64,000 nt of DNA from an uncultured virus (IMG/VR IMGVR_UViG_3300023173_001364) (taxonomy: Duplodnaviria > Heunggongvirae > Uroviricota > Caudoviricetes). Positions 53,425 to 62,928 of this stretch are shown piece after piece. Position numbers and translations under genes: made by a program. Each line of letters begins with the position of its first letter. Position 1 is the stretch's first letter. Where the stretch lies: IMG/VR virus record IMGVR_UViG_3300023173_001364, positions 1-64,000 of that record. One strand, written 5' to 3'. The notes under the pieces were generated by a model. It saw only the letters and a program-made list of their open reading frames with translations, was not told the DNA's origin and ran no database searches.

Positions 53425-55627
53425 CAACTACTTCCAACCTAACAGCCGTAATGTTATCACCGAACAATAGGATTTTTGCTAGTGGCTTTTTAATTTGTTC
53501 GTTAATCAATCTACCCATAGGTCTTGCACCCATTGTTTCAGTAAATCCATTATTTGTTAGCCAAGTAAGAACAGTGTTATTCCAATGTATTGATATATTT
53601 CTATCAGTTAACATTGTTCTTAGTTCGTTTAAGAACTTAACAGTAATGTCTCTCATCAGAGTTTTGTCTAGTTTTGTAAACTGTACAATAGCATCTAGTC
53701 TATTGCGGAACTCTGGAGAGAAGAAACGTTTAACTGCTTCTTCACTGGCTGCACTATTGTCATTATCGCCAAAACCAATTGTATTACGTTCAGCATCACG
53801 TGCACCTAAGTTACTAGTCATAATAACAATAGCATTACGAGCACTTACACTTTTGCCTTCACTGTTAGTAATCATACCATTGTCCATAAGTTGTAACATT
53901 ACGTTACTAACATCAGGGTGTGCTTTTTCAATTTCGTCCAGTAGTAGGATACAGTTAGGATTTTCTTCAAGTTTGTTGACTAGTAAGCCACCTCCTTGAC
54001 CACCTTCACCGTATCCTACATACCCTGGGGGAGCACCGATAAGTTTAGCAACTGTGTGACGTTCTTGGTATTCACTCATATCAAAACGTACAAGCGGCAT
54101 ACTCATTGCATCACTTAATTGTTTTGCTGTTTCAGTTTTACCAACACCTGTAGGGCCTGTAAACAAATAACAGCCGATTGGTTTACTAGGATCTTTCAGT
54201 CCAGCTTTAGCAATATAAATGCTATCTGCAAGTCTAGTAATAGCTTCGTCTTGACCAAATACTTTCTTTTTAACAACTGCCTCAATGTCTACAGGCTTCT
54301 CCTGTTTGTACTCACTGTCTTTTGTAAGTACTAGCTGGTCTACAGGAATACGTGTCATCTTAGCAACTTCATAACGAATATCATCTAAGTCTAGTACACT
54401 TTTACGCATCTCTGCTGGCTGTAACCGCTGACGTGCAGCCGCTGCATCCAATACATCAAATGCCTTGTCTGGCAAGTGTTTGTTGTGCCAGTATTGATGT
54501 GTCAAGTCTACTGCACCATGTAGTGCTTCTTTTGTATATGCTAGTTCGTGGAATAGTTCATACACTGGAATACTTGCTTCGATAATTCTCTTAGCATCTG
54601 CAGGGCTTGGTTCTGGAACATCGACTTTATAAAAGCGACGATTAAGTGCTTTATCTTTTTCAAAGTGTTCTCTGTATTCTTCGTATGTTGTCGAACCAAT
54701 ACAACGTAAGTTACCTTTTTGCAGTGCTGGCTTCAACAAGTTAGCAACATCCATTGCACCTTGTCCTGCGCTACCTGCACCCATAATCATGTGAATTTCG
54801 TCGATAAACAAGATAGCATCATCACGCTTTTCTAAAATGTTTAATACATCTTTAAGACGTTCTTCAAAGTCACCTCTAAACTTAGTGCCTGCAAGTAGTG
54901 CACCAATATCTAAACTATAAATTGTATTGTCTTTAATAACTTCTGGAACTCTGTCTTCGTTAATTAAATGTGCTAAACCTTCTGCAATAGCAGTTTTACC
55001 AACGCCTGATTCACCTACAAGTATAACATTGTTCTTTTTACGACGAGCAATAGTTTGTACTAGTTTTTCTAGTTCATCTTCACGTCCGATCATAGGATCA
55101 ATAATGCCATCTGCCGCTTGTTCGTTTAAATTGTCGCAGAACTTACGCAGCATACGTTCTGCTTTGGCAGGTTTTGTTTTTGACTCATCCATATCTTGTT
55201 CTTGCACTGCAGGGTTCTGAATAAATTGTACTAATTGTTCTCTGCTAATATCAAACTGTTTTAACAAATGCACGGCTGCACTTGTATCTTCTGTTAATAT
55301 ACTAATTAACAAATCTTTAGCATTGATATTTTGTCTGCCGTTGAACAATGCTTGTGTGAATGCACGATTAAACACACGCTCTAACATTTGCGTCTTTTTA
55401 GGATCTTGTACTTCTGGTAATGGTGTTACTTCTTTTTCTAAGTACTGATAAATTAATGCTTTTAACTGTGCAGGCTCTTTGCCCAAGTCATATAATATAT
55501 CTTCAATTTCTTCTTGTTCTAGCAAAATTGCAAGTAGATGTTCTAGTGTAACATATTCGTGTTTATACTCACGAGTAAGTTGATATACACGCTCTACTAT
55601 GTGTTCTATTCTATCATTTTGCGACAT
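53396..55627 (-). CDS. clpA: ATP-dependent Clp protease ATP-binding subunit
   Basis: N-domain HEYVTLEHLL; GESGVGKT and GPTGVGKT; RGDFEERLK; APPGYVG; IGF ClpP-docking loop; no ClpB M-domain. Confidence 0.93.
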   Translation of the reverse strand: MSQNDRIEHIVERVYQLTREYKHEYVTLEHLLAILLEQEEIEDILYDLGKEPAQLKALIYQYLEKEVTPLPEVQDPKKTQMLERVFNRAFTQALFNGRQNINAKDLLISILTEDTSAAVHLLKQFDISREQLVQFIQNPAVQEQDMDESKTKPAKAERMLRKFCDNLNEQAADGIIDPMIGREDELEKLVQTIARRKKNNVILVGESGVGKTAIAEGLAHLINEDRVPEVIKDNTIYSLDIGALLAGTKFRGDFEERLKDVLNILEKRDDAILFIDEIHMIMGAGSAGQGAMDVANLLKPALQKGNLRCIGSTTYEEYREHFEKDKALNRRFYKVDVPEPSPADAKRIIEASIPVYELFHELAYTKEALHGAVDLTHQYWHNKHLPDKAFDVLDAAAARQRLQPAEMRKSVLDLDDIRYEVAKMTRIPVDQLVLTKDSEYKQEKPVDIEAVVKKKVFGQDEAITRLADSIYIAKAGLKDPSKPIGCYLFTGPTGVGKTETAKQLSDAMSMPLVRFDMSEYQERHTVAKLIGAPPGYVGYGEGGQGGGLLVNKLEENPNCILLLDEIEKAHPDVSNVMLQLMDNGMITNSEGKSVSARNAIVIMTSNLGARDAERNTIGFGDNDNSAASEEAVKRFFSPEFRNRLDAIVQFTKLDKTLMRDITVKFLNELRTMLTDRNISIHWNNTVLTWLTNNGFTETMGARPMGRLINEQIKKPLAKILLFGDNITAVRLEVVDDKIHIRTA

Positions 55628-55649
55628 TTAAGTTCCTCTGTTTTTTAAT

Positions 55650-55678
55650 AATATAGTAATTTATTATACTAATGTCAA
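55650..55678 (-). promoter_or_regulatory. sigma70-type promoter for clpA
   Basis: TTGACA-17nt-TATATT. Confidence 0.75.
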
Positions 55679-55684
55679 GGTAAA

Positions 55685-56479
55685 CTACGGTAAATCCTGT
55701 AATTTTGTTTGTAAATCTGTCTCTGTAAGTGCTGGTATGTGTACGTTAATTTCTACGAAAAGGTCACCGTTTGGTTTTTTATTTCTAGGCAAGCCGCCTT
55801 CTGGTATACGCAGCCTCGTCTTTGATTGCGTTCCTGGCCTAATATTTAATTTTAGATTACGTCCGTCTAAAGTGTCTATTATCTTTTCCGTTCCTATCAT
55901 TGCTTCTCGTATACTAATATTTAACCTTTTTACTAGGTTATGTTCTTCAACTGTAAACTGTGGATGTGGTTTTACTTGAAATGTAACAAACAAAGATCCA
56001 GCAGGCACATCTGGTATAGTATTTTCACCATACTGCGCATACCTAACTTCTGCACCATCTGTTACGCCTGGAGGCAGTGTAATAGTAACTTGTCTGCCGT
56101 GTCCATTGCGAAACTTTAAGTCTAGTATTTTTTTAGATTGATGTATAATATCTTCTAGTGATACTGGTACTGTGATTCTAGTATCTGCATTTCGTCTGGG
56201 TCGTTGTCTAAACTGTGATCCAAACTGTTGTGCAAAAATATCTTCGAAACCTTCAAATGGATTTCTGCTATTAAAATTAAATCCATTGGGTGCTTGCTGT
56301 TGTTGATCAGGACCACCGTTTTTTATAATATCATATGCTTCGTTTACCTGCTTGAATTTAGTTTCATCTCCGCCTGGTCTATCGGGATGATGTTGTTTTG
56401 CTAAACGTCTATATGCTTGTTTGATTTCATCGTCGCTTGATGCTCTAGTAACACCAAGGACTGCCCAAGGATCATTCAT
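55685..56479 (-). CDS. dnaJ: Class B J-domain chaperone (DnaJ/CbpA-like, no Zn finger)
   Basis: AYRRLAKQHHPD, G/F region, DnaJ C-terminal domain. Confidence 0.9.
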   Translation of the reverse strand: MNDPWAVLGVTRASSDDEIKQAYRRLAKQHHPDRPGGDETKFKQVNEAYDIIKNGGPDQQQQAPNGFNFNSRNPFEGFEDIFAQQFGSQFRQRPRRNADTRITVPVSLEDIIHQSKKILDLKFRNGHGRQVTITLPPGVTDGAEVRYAQYGENTIPDVPAGSLFVTFQVKPHPQFTVEEHNLVKRLNISIREAMIGTEKIIDTLDGRNLKLNIRPGTQSKTRLRIPEGGLPRNKKPNGDLFVEINVHIPALTETDLQTKLQDLP

Positions 56480-56891
56480 TTACTGATTTGTTATGTTCGT
56501 CGATTGCACGTTCTGCAGACTTGTAGTAGTTTTCATATGCTGCAATGATTGCTTGTTGTTGCTGTACCATAGCACGTATGTCACTAAAATTTAACCCCAA
56601 GTTACCGTAGCCTTCACCTGTTAGTGCATATACTGCAAATGCACCATCGCTGGCTTTTAGTCTAGCAATTACTGCTTCTACGTTACCTTCGTTAATTACG
56701 ACCCATTCTACATCACGCATACGCAGTTGATCTACTGGCGGTAGTGTTAAGTTAGGTTTTTGAATTGGTTCTGCTTTAATAATTACAGGCGGTTCGACAA
56801 CAGGCTGACTATTGCCCAGACACCCGCTCAGGGTCATTACCAGGCCAAAGCCAAGGGCACTCTTTATTAAAAGCGATTTCGTTTTCTGCAT
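56472..56891 (-). CDS. Putative o-spanin lipoprotein
   Basis: Lipobox LSGC; Pro-rich segment; overlaps 3' end of the upstream TM coiled-coil gene. Confidence 0.7.
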   Translation of the reverse strand: MQKTKSLLIKSALGFGLVMTLSGCLGNSQPVVEPPVIIKAEPIQKPNLTLPPVDQLRMRDVEWVVINEGNVEAVIARLKASDGAFAVYALTGEGYGNLGLNFSDIRAMVQQQQAIIAAYENYYKSAERAIDEHNKSVNE

Positions 56892-57294
56892 TTAATTCTT
56901 CCTCAGTTAACGGGCTTCCACTTAGAATCTCAAAACATCTGCCAGCATTTTCTGTACCTCTGTTTACTGCACGTTCAATACCTTCTGCATTTGCAATAGC
57001 GGCTGCTTCTAAATCAATCTTTTCTAGTTTATCTGCTAGTCTACGATTCTGATTTCTAATAGCAGTATATGCTTCTTGTAATGCTGCATTTTCTGCTGCG
57101 GCTGCTTCAAAGTCTTTTTGTAATTGCTCCATTGTTTCTTGTTGTGTAGCAATTGCTTGTTCTAGGTTTGCTTGATTTGCTTTTAGTGTAGCATTGTTTT
57201 CTTGTAGTATTTTCATACGTTCTTGGCTGTCATTGTAATACCAATATCCAATGCCGCCCATCATAAGAATAACAACTAATAATACTTTGCTCAT
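56809..57294 (-). CDS. Putative i-spanin
   Basis: N-terminal TM, long coiled coil, C-terminal Cys. Confidence 0.7.
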   Translation of the reverse strand: MSKVLLVVILMMGGIGYWYYNDSQERMKILQENNATLKANQANLEQAIATQQETMEQLQKDFEAAAAENAALQEAYTAIRNQNRRLADKLEKIDLEAAAIANAEGIERAVNRGTENAGRCFEILSGSPLTEEELNAENEIAFNKECPWLWPGNDPERVSGQ

Positions 57295-57512
57295 TACTTG
57301 TGCCTAAAAACTATACGACCTTTATCTAAATCGTACGGAGTCATCTCCACATCTACACGATCGTCTTGCAATATATTAATGTTAAATCTTCTTATCTTAC
57401 CACTAATAGTTGCAATTATTTGATGACCGTTTTCTAGTTCAACTTTGAATAGTGCATTAGGAAGGCAATTAATTACTTTGCCTTGAAATACTAATACGTC
57501 TTCTTTTGCCAT
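57294..57512 (-). CDS. infA: Translation initiation factor IF-1
   Basis: [36 protein letters not shown]. Confidence 0.95.
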   Translation of the reverse strand: MAKEDVLVFQGKVINCLPNALFKVELENGHQIIATISGKIRRFNINILQDDRVDVEMTPYDLDKGRIVFRHK

Positions 57513-57985
57513 TACAGCCCCGCTAGTTCCTTTACTCTTGATAGCGATTCGTTTGTTTCTTCGTTATTTGTATAACGTAACACATACTCTTCCGAATTGT
57601 CAAGAACTGTTTCAGCTAAATTTTCGGCTGTAAGATCCGCACTGTCTGTACCTTTATAGTAACTGTATTTCCATTCTGTAATTGAAGTTGCTTGACTTGC
57701 AACTTTTACAATATTCATAATGTTTTCATATAAGTTTCCGTCACGCTCAAACTCAACAAATACCATATACTTGCCATCACCGTTTGGACCGTCTGATACA
57801 TCTACGTCTAAACTTTCAGTAACATCTGTTTCAATCAAGTTACTTAAATCTTTTGCTGGCTGTTCGAACGCAACTTCAAATGCTACAACTACAGTTTCGT
57901 TTGCTTCACCAATTTTAGGTTTGTATTGGTCAATACTAATTGTAGGAGTCACTAAGTTTGTCATTTCGCCGTATTTTACTGTCAT
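57512..57985 (-). CDS. Conserved hypothetical late protein
   Basis: ISID.YKPKIG; C-terminal RVKELAGL. Confidence 0.7.
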   Translation of the reverse strand: MTVKYGEMTNLVTPTISIDQYKPKIGEANETVVVAFEVAFEQPAKDLSNLIETDVTESLDVDVSDGPNGDGKYMVFVEFERDGNLYENIMNIVKVASQATSITEWKYSYYKGTDSADLTAENLAETVLDNSEEYVLRYTNNEETNESLSRVKELAGL

Positions 57986-58333
57986 TTACTTGTCCTCTGG
58001 AGCCATTTGCTTAATTTGTTGATAGGCTTTCTTAACTGTGCTCAGTCCTGATACGTTTCCGTAAGCTGATACTGATTTCCACAATTCATTTAATGCACTG
58101 TATTTTTCTGGTTCAATACCTGCATTATCCATGTCTTGCATAAGACCACCTAAGATTTCAATTTGTTCGTCTGTAACTTCGCCTTCGTATTCTTTGGCAG
58201 TGTTAAACATATCCATGAGTGCTTCTAGTGCATTTTTTCTAACCGTACCTTGATCATACATGTCATCTGGGTCAAAGTTTACTTTGCGTTCCTCTATACC
58301 AGCTAATTTTTTAATTCTATTTAAATCTGTCAT
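57986..58333 (-). CDS. Hypothetical late protein
   Basis: N-terminal LNRIKKLAGI. Confidence 0.65.
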   Translation of the reverse strand: MTDLNRIKKLAGIEERKVNFDPDDMYDQGTVRKNALEALMDMFNTAKEYEGEVTDEQIEILGGLMQDMDNAGIEPEKYSALNELWKSVSAYGNVSGLSTVKKAYQQIKQMAPEDK

Positions 58334-58872
58334 TCTATATCATCCATAACATCTGTTTTATCTGGTGCAATTTCGTTATCATAATCGCTATCATATGCAC
58401 TGTCAACATCGCTCATATCGATGTCAATGCCGTTAATTGTAACTTTCGAGCTTTCAAATTCATCAACAAAATCACGTGGCATTTCGATAGTTACCAACCA
58501 AACTTTGGTTTTCTTTTTCTTAGGTTTACGTTTGCCTGTTTTAGGATCAGGATCACCTAAGTCTTCTGGCTTAGTAATTTTAACTGGTTCAATCAATTCA
58601 TCACGTTTATAAAATACTCTTGCACCGTGTTTAATTAGTCTTAGTGCTGCATCAGGATCTGGCATTAGTCGTTCCGGATACATCAGTGTTACTGTAATCC
58701 AATAGCGTGATACATCAGGACCAGCAATTACTTCACCGTATTCCCAATTTTTGTATGCATACATGTGCAAACTATCTAATACTTCTTCAAACTCAAGCAG
58801 AACACTCAAGTCACTGCTCGAATCGATTAGTTTATCTAATGTGTTTTTTAATTGTTCAATTTCTGTACTCAT
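58330..58872 (-). CDS. Conserved hypothetical jumbo-phage protein
   Basis: LLEFE.VLD...YAYKNW..GE...GP...RYW...MPDP. Confidence 0.7.
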   Translation of the reverse strand: MSTEIEQLKNTLDKLIDSSSDLSVLLEFEEVLDSLHMYAYKNWEYGEVIAGPDVSRYWITVTLMYPERLMPDPDAALRLIKHGARVFYKRDELIEPVKITKPEDLGDPDPKTGKRKPKKKKTKVWLVTIEMPRDFVDEFESSKVTINGIDIDMSDVDSAYDSDYDNEIAPDKTDVMDDIE

Positions 58873-58880
58873 CTTACTAC

Positions 58881-58903
58881 TATTTAGTTCTTTTTAATAA
58901 ATA
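58881..58903. promoter_or_regulatory. Back-to-back late promoter motifs
   Basis: CTAAATA (minus, 58881-58887) and ATAAATA (plus, 58897-58903) between divergent genes. Confidence 0.55.
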
Positions 58904-58949
58904 CTTTTGTAGACACATTGGGCGCAATCAACAAACAATGGAGTACTAC

Positions 58950-59663
58950 ATGGCCAAAAGAGCGAGAAAACAAAATAGCAGGAATTCATTCAACGATATG
59001 GTAGTAGAATTACAAACCTATCGTAAAAAGAAAATAACTATTTTACCACGCAATGTACATCAGGAAGATTACATTGACTTATTAACTGATCCTCAAAAAT
59101 CTATTGTATTTGCAACTGGACCAGCAGGCACGGGTAAAACTATGCTGGCAGTCCAAATGGGTATACAAAAGTATGATAGTGGTGAAATTAATAAAATAGT
59201 TGTCACGAGACCTGCTGTTAGCGTAGACGAACAACACGGATTCTTACCAGGTGATCTTAAAGATAAAATGGCACCCTGGACTAGACCTATCTTTGATGTT
59301 TTAGAAGAACATTGGACACCACAGCAAGTAGAACGTATGATTGAAAATAAAGAAATCGAAATTGCTCCACTTGCTTATATGCGTGGTAGAACATTTAAGG
59401 AGTGCTGGATAGTTGCAGATGAAATGCAAAACGCTACACCAGAGCAAATGAAAATGTTACTAACACGTATTGGTACAGGATCTAAAATAGTTGTTACAGG
59501 AGACTTAGCACAACATGATAGAGGATACCAAAATAATGGTTTAAAAGATTTTACCGAACGTTTAACCACTAATCACCACACCATCGGGTGTGTACATTTT
59601 ACAAAACAGGACGTCGAACGACACCCTGCTGTAGTTGATGTTTTAAATATTTACGGCGAGTAA
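58950..59663 (+). CDS. phoH: PhoH-family ATPase
   Basis: GPAGTGKT, VTRPAV, GFLPG, LAYMRGRT, DEMQN, LTRIG, GDLAQ; start moved to ATG 58950 (GGAG RBS). Confidence 0.95.
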   Translation: MAKRARKQNSRNSFNDMVVELQTYRKKKITILPRNVHQEDYIDLLTDPQKSIVFATGPAGTGKTMLAVQMGIQKYDSGEINKIVVTRPAVSVDEQHGFLPGDLKDKMAPWTRPIFDVLEEHWTPQQVERMIENKEIEIAPLAYMRGRTFKECWIVADEMQNATPEQMKMLLTRIGTGSKIVVTGDLAQHDRGYQNNGLKDFTERLTTNHHTIGCVHFTKQDVERHPAVVDVLNIYGE

Positions 59664-60236
59664 CTAAGACTTAATAATAGTATTATAAATTTGCGCCCAA
59701 TTGTCTACTTGTGTTACACCGTCGTATTCAAAATTGGCATTGTGCTGGTGCCGCACAAGGATTGACTTTAACCCTAAGTCCGCACCGAGTCTTGCGTTTT
59801 CTGGCTTATCTTCCAACCACCACATTCCGCTATCTTTGTAAGGAGCAAGTGCTTCATCTTTGTCAGCACCAGTATCCAAACAAGTCACAAAGTCAAATAC
59901 ATCACCGAAATGTTTAATTAAGTTTTCTTTACGTAGTTGTCCAGCATAAGGATCCAAGCTCAAGCTAGTAATAGCACCAAACCGATAACCAGCATCTGCT
60001 AGCATTTGGACACCTTCTACTGCATCCCGTAAAGGATTCAAACAACACATCCAAGCACTGTTGTTGTATTCACGTACTAGCTCTTTTACATGCTCTTTAC
60101 GCTGATTGTAAACAACATGCATATCGTAACTAGCAATAGCATTCCGAACAAAGCCCTTGGACTCCATCCAATCATGAAAGCCAGTTTCCCAATCAAGCAT
60201 TACGCCGTCAATATCAGTGAGGATTAATTTTGTCAT
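59664..60236 (-). CDS. HAD-superfamily 5'-nucleotidase-like phosphatase
   Basis: LTDIDGV, ITS, K, WLEDK motifs. Confidence 0.85.
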   Translation of the reverse strand: MTKLILTDIDGVMLDWETGFHDWMESKGFVRNAIASYDMHVVYNQRKEHVKELVREYNNSAWMCCLNPLRDAVEGVQMLADAGYRFGAITSLSLDPYAGQLRKENLIKHFGDVFDFVTCLDTGADKDEALAPYKDSGMWWLEDKPENARLGADLGLKSILVRHQHNANFEYDGVTQVDNWAQIYNTIIKS

Positions 60237-60267
60237 TTTTATCTTTCTTTTCTCAACTTACATATAT

Positions 60268-60296
60268 AATATAAGGCATCTTGGTACAAATGTCAA
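60268..60296 (-). promoter_or_regulatory. Early sigma70-type promoter
   Basis: TTGACA-TTTGTACCAAGATGCCT-TATATT. Confidence 0.8.
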
Positions 60297-60619
60297 GAGC
60301 TTTTTTCATCTTTTTTGCATTGCTCTCCTATAAGTGTAATAATTGCATCTTCGAGTGTATTCACTTCTTCTTTAAGACATTCGATTTCTTTAACTTGTTT
60401 TGTACTAGTGAATGCCCAAACAAGAGCAATAACCCATGCAATAAAACTCCATCCTAAAAATACGTTTAGGATAAAGATAGCCAATGTATTATAGTGTCCA
60501 CGATTCCATGCAACAAACGCTGGAAGAAAGTAAAGCATTACAAGCATTAAAACTAAAACAAAAATACCAACAATTGTTGCGTACGGAGTTAATGCTAACA
60601 TTGTCAATTGGTCTAACAT
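60293..60619 (-). CDS. imm: Superinfection immunity protein (T4 Imm family)
   Basis: YFLP..VA..RGH.N..AIFILN.FLGW..I.WVIALVWA. Confidence 0.88.
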   Translation of the reverse strand: MLDQLTMLALTPYATIVGIFVLVLMLVMLYFLPAFVAWNRGHYNTLAIFILNVFLGWSFIAWVIALVWAFTSTKQVKEIECLKEEVNTLEDAIITLIGEQCKKDEKSS

Positions 60620-60648
60620 ATTCTTTCCTTTTCTCTGTCTACACTTAT

Positions 60649-60677
60649 AATATAGTGTAAGATGTCTTGGATGTCAA
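60649..60677 (-). promoter_or_regulatory. Early sigma70-type promoter
   Basis: TTGACA-TCCAAGACATCTTACAC-TATATT, identical to 10762-10790. Confidence 0.85.
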
Positions 60678-60877
60678 GAGCCTTCCATCATTTTTTTACA
60701 CTGTAGAATAATCTTTTTTTCTGTATCAGTATAATGTTCCCACCGTTTACTAAATGGAGTATCCATCTCAGTTAGTTCTTCACCGAGGTAACTCAGCATG
60801 TTGGCCAAGGCATAATTATCTCCTGTTTTATAAGTTAGATCCATCATATAACGACCAAGTGCAGGTGCTGTTACCAT
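60674..60877 (-). CDS. Small early protein
   Basis: Coupled ORF. Confidence 0.55.
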   Translation of the reverse strand: MVTAPALGRYMMDLTYKTGDNYALANMLSYLGEELTEMDTPFSKRWEHYTDTEKKIILQCKKMMEGS

Positions 60878-61161
60878 GTTTGTGCTTCCACTTCTTTAAA
60901 TTGTAAATCATGACGGCCCATAGTGCCAACTAGTGCATGGTGCTCGCCTTCGTCGATTGCGTAAATCATTGCACTGCGAATTCTATTAGGTTCTTGCAGT
61001 GTAATTTTGCTGTATGCTACAGCCATTTCTAAGTTATCAAAACTCTGATACACACGACTGCTTTTGCCTGGTTGAAACATAACAACGTTGTACGCAACAG
61101 CGTTCGAACGAATTGTATGTTCCCAAGCATCCATAGGTTTTAGTTCACCACGTTTAGCCAT
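60871..61161 (-). CDS. Small early protein
   Basis: Coupled ORF. Confidence 0.6.
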   Translation of the reverse strand: MAKRGELKPMDAWEHTIRSNAVAYNVVMFQPGKSSRVYQSFDNLEMAVAYSKITLQEPNRIRSAMIYAIDEGEHHALVGTMGRHDLQFKEVEAQTW

Positions 61162-61397
61162 TATACATCCATTTCAAGTTGAGTGTTCATTAGTTCTACA
61201 GGCTGTTCAGCAATAACTTTTTCAACAGCTTCGTCCCACGCTTCGTAGTACGCTTCGTCGTCTTTAAAAAACTTGTTTACTCCGCTCATATAGCAATCCG
61301 AATCAACAAAGTTCCAGTTGATAGAACCATCATAGTCAATGTTCTCTGGGTTAGCTGCTGCTTCACGAACTTGTGCTTCTACTAGTGAGTAAATCAT
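61161..61397 (-). CDS. Small acidic early protein
   Basis: GAGG RBS, own promoter; ENI..DGSINWNFVDSD. Confidence 0.65.
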   Translation of the reverse strand: MIYSLVEAQVREAAANPENIDYDGSINWNFVDSDCYMSGVNKFFKDDEAYYEAWDEAVEKVIAEQPVELMNTQLEMDV

Positions 61398-61425
61398 TGT
61401 GTACCTCTTTATTGCTTACATATAT

Positions 61426-61454
61426 AATATAAGCATGATGTCTTGGTTTGTCAA
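61426..61454 (-). promoter_or_regulatory. Early sigma70-type promoter
   Basis: TTGACA-AACCAAGACATCATGCT-TATATT. Confidence 0.85.
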
Positions 61455-61475
61455 GTCTTTTTTTAAAAAAAGATG

Positions 61476-61673
61476 TCAAATTCCTAAAATTCTTTCAACT
61501 TTTTCTTGGAGACCTTTATGAGGATTTTTTTGCAAATGATCCGCAACTTGCTCAAAGTAAAATGCACTATCATCATCACCGTTTGCAGTGAGTTTGTTTG
61601 CACTAGTTTGAAAAAAATCAATAAGCTCTTTGATGCCTACACGACCGTCTGTGGGTGCTTTAGTTTTCATCAT
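61476..61673 (-). CDS. Small hypothetical protein
   Basis: Coupled ORF. Confidence 0.55.
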   Translation of the reverse strand: MMKTKAPTDGRVGIKELIDFFQTSANKLTANGDDDSAFYFEQVADHLQKNPHKGLQEKVERILGI

Positions 61674-61995
61674 TGATCAATGTACTCCATTTTTTAAGTT
61701 TGTTACGTTTTACATCTGCACGATCGTACAGTTCTTTCCAATCAAATAAATTGTGTTCACTTAATAGTTCTAACATACACAATACATCGCCGGCTTCTTC
61801 AACTAATAATTCACGGAACTTATCGCTTTCAATGCCTTCGAGTGAATTATACTTTCGCATAATCTTCATACAGACTTGTGTAAGTTCACCACATTCTTCT
61901 GCAGTAATTGCCATTAATTGTTGGATATCATTTATCGGTGAGTTCAGGTGTATGTTGCTGGTCATCATCATCTTCCACAAATTGTTCATCTTCAA
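61660..61995 (-). CDS. MazG-like nucleotide pyrophosphohydrolase (start uncertain)
   Basis: AEECGEL.Q...K..R...EEAGDVL. Confidence 0.8.
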   Translation of the reverse strand: MKMNNLWKMMMTSNIHLNSPINDIQQLMAITAEECGELTQVCMKIMRKYNSLEGIESDKFRELLVEEAGDVLCMLELLSEHNLFDWKELYDRADVKRNKLKKWSTLINDEN

Positions 61996-62066
61996 TCATC
62001 TGAAATGCTCGCTCAAACAGCGGATGATTGTAGTTTTGCAAGATTTCTGCAATACTAGTATCAAGT

Positions 62067-62315
62067 TCACTTATCTTCAATCTTGCCTCCAAGTTTTTTA
62101 ATAATTTGTTTTTCTCTGCGAAGTTCGTGTAAATCTTCTTCTATTTTACCGTATGTACTACAATTCTTTAATTTATCTTCTACATACCAATATATTGAAT
62201 ATAAATCTTCTTTGCAGCGCCATGTAACATAACCGTCCATACGAGGATCTGATTCAGCCCAAGCGATACGATCTACTTGGGCTTTGATCTCTGCTATGGA
62301 CCAGTCTTTAATCAT
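62067..62315 (-). CDS. Small hypothetical protein
   Basis: DPRMDGY..W.CK.DLY. Confidence 0.6.
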   Translation of the reverse strand: MIKDWSIAEIKAQVDRIAWAESDPRMDGYVTWRCKEDLYSIYWYVEDKLKNCSTYGKIEEDLHELRREKQIIKKLGGKIEDK

Positions 62316-62494
62316 ACAGGAACGTTATCGAACATGTCTTCTACATCAGCTTCAAACTTTGCTGCTTCATGTTCTTTACGAGCAAGCATACGTATAAGTG
62401 AATGACGTGCTGCACGTTTTTCATCTGACGCACCTTCTTCCCATGCAATTAGGACGTCTTTAAGAGTTTCGATATCTTGAAAAAGTTCTGTCAT
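62312..62494 (-). CDS. Small early protein
   Basis: GAGG RBS before ATG 62494; promoter upstream. Confidence 0.6.
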   Translation of the reverse strand: MTELFQDIETLKDVLIAWEEGASDEKRAARHSLIRMLARKEHEAAKFEADVEDMFDNVPV

Positions 62495-62523
62495 GTTAGC
62501 CTCTTGTTGATTGCCATAAATTA

Positions 62524-62552
62524 TGTATAACGCATCTTCCGTCATGTGTCAA
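62524..62552 (-). promoter_or_regulatory. sigma70-type promoter (variant)
   Basis: TTGACA-CATGACGGAAGATGCGT-TATACA. Confidence 0.6.
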
Positions 62553-62899
62553 CCTTTAAGATATTTTGGACCAGTCCAGTTAATGCTAAAACTTTCAAAC
62601 ACGTTACCACGTGCAACATTTGTTGCAGGAGCATTCCATCCTGCTGCTTTTAAGATGTCGCCTTTTTTAAACTTAGGACCATCTTCTTTAACAACAAATC
62701 CCCAAACACAGCCGTTGTTCTCTTTGGTAATCTTAATATACTTTTTACCTTCTGAATAGCCAATGCCTGATTCAAATGCATCTACCATATTTTGTTGTAC
62801 CGTTGTGTACTCATCATCTCGTAACATCCAATCACGATAGTCAGTTTTGATTGCTTCGATAAGAACTTCAACGCCAGTTTTAATATCAGTGATTTGCAT
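62549..62899 (-). CDS. Conserved early phage protein
   Basis: GKKYIKI...VWGFV...GDILKAAGWNAPA...RGN. Confidence 0.75.
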   Translation of the reverse strand: MQITDIKTGVEVLIEAIKTDYRDWMLRDDEYTTVQQNMVDAFESGIGYSEGKKYIKITKENNGCVWGFVVKEDGPKFKKGDILKAAGWNAPATNVARGNVFESFSINWTGPKYLKG

Positions 62900-62928
62900 A
62901 GTAACCTCTTTTCTCTGTCTACACTTAT

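Noticed and set aside
58707..58949. N-terminal extension of phoH in the ORF track
   Set aside because: Overlaps the divergent gene; RBS and promoter motif support ATG 58950
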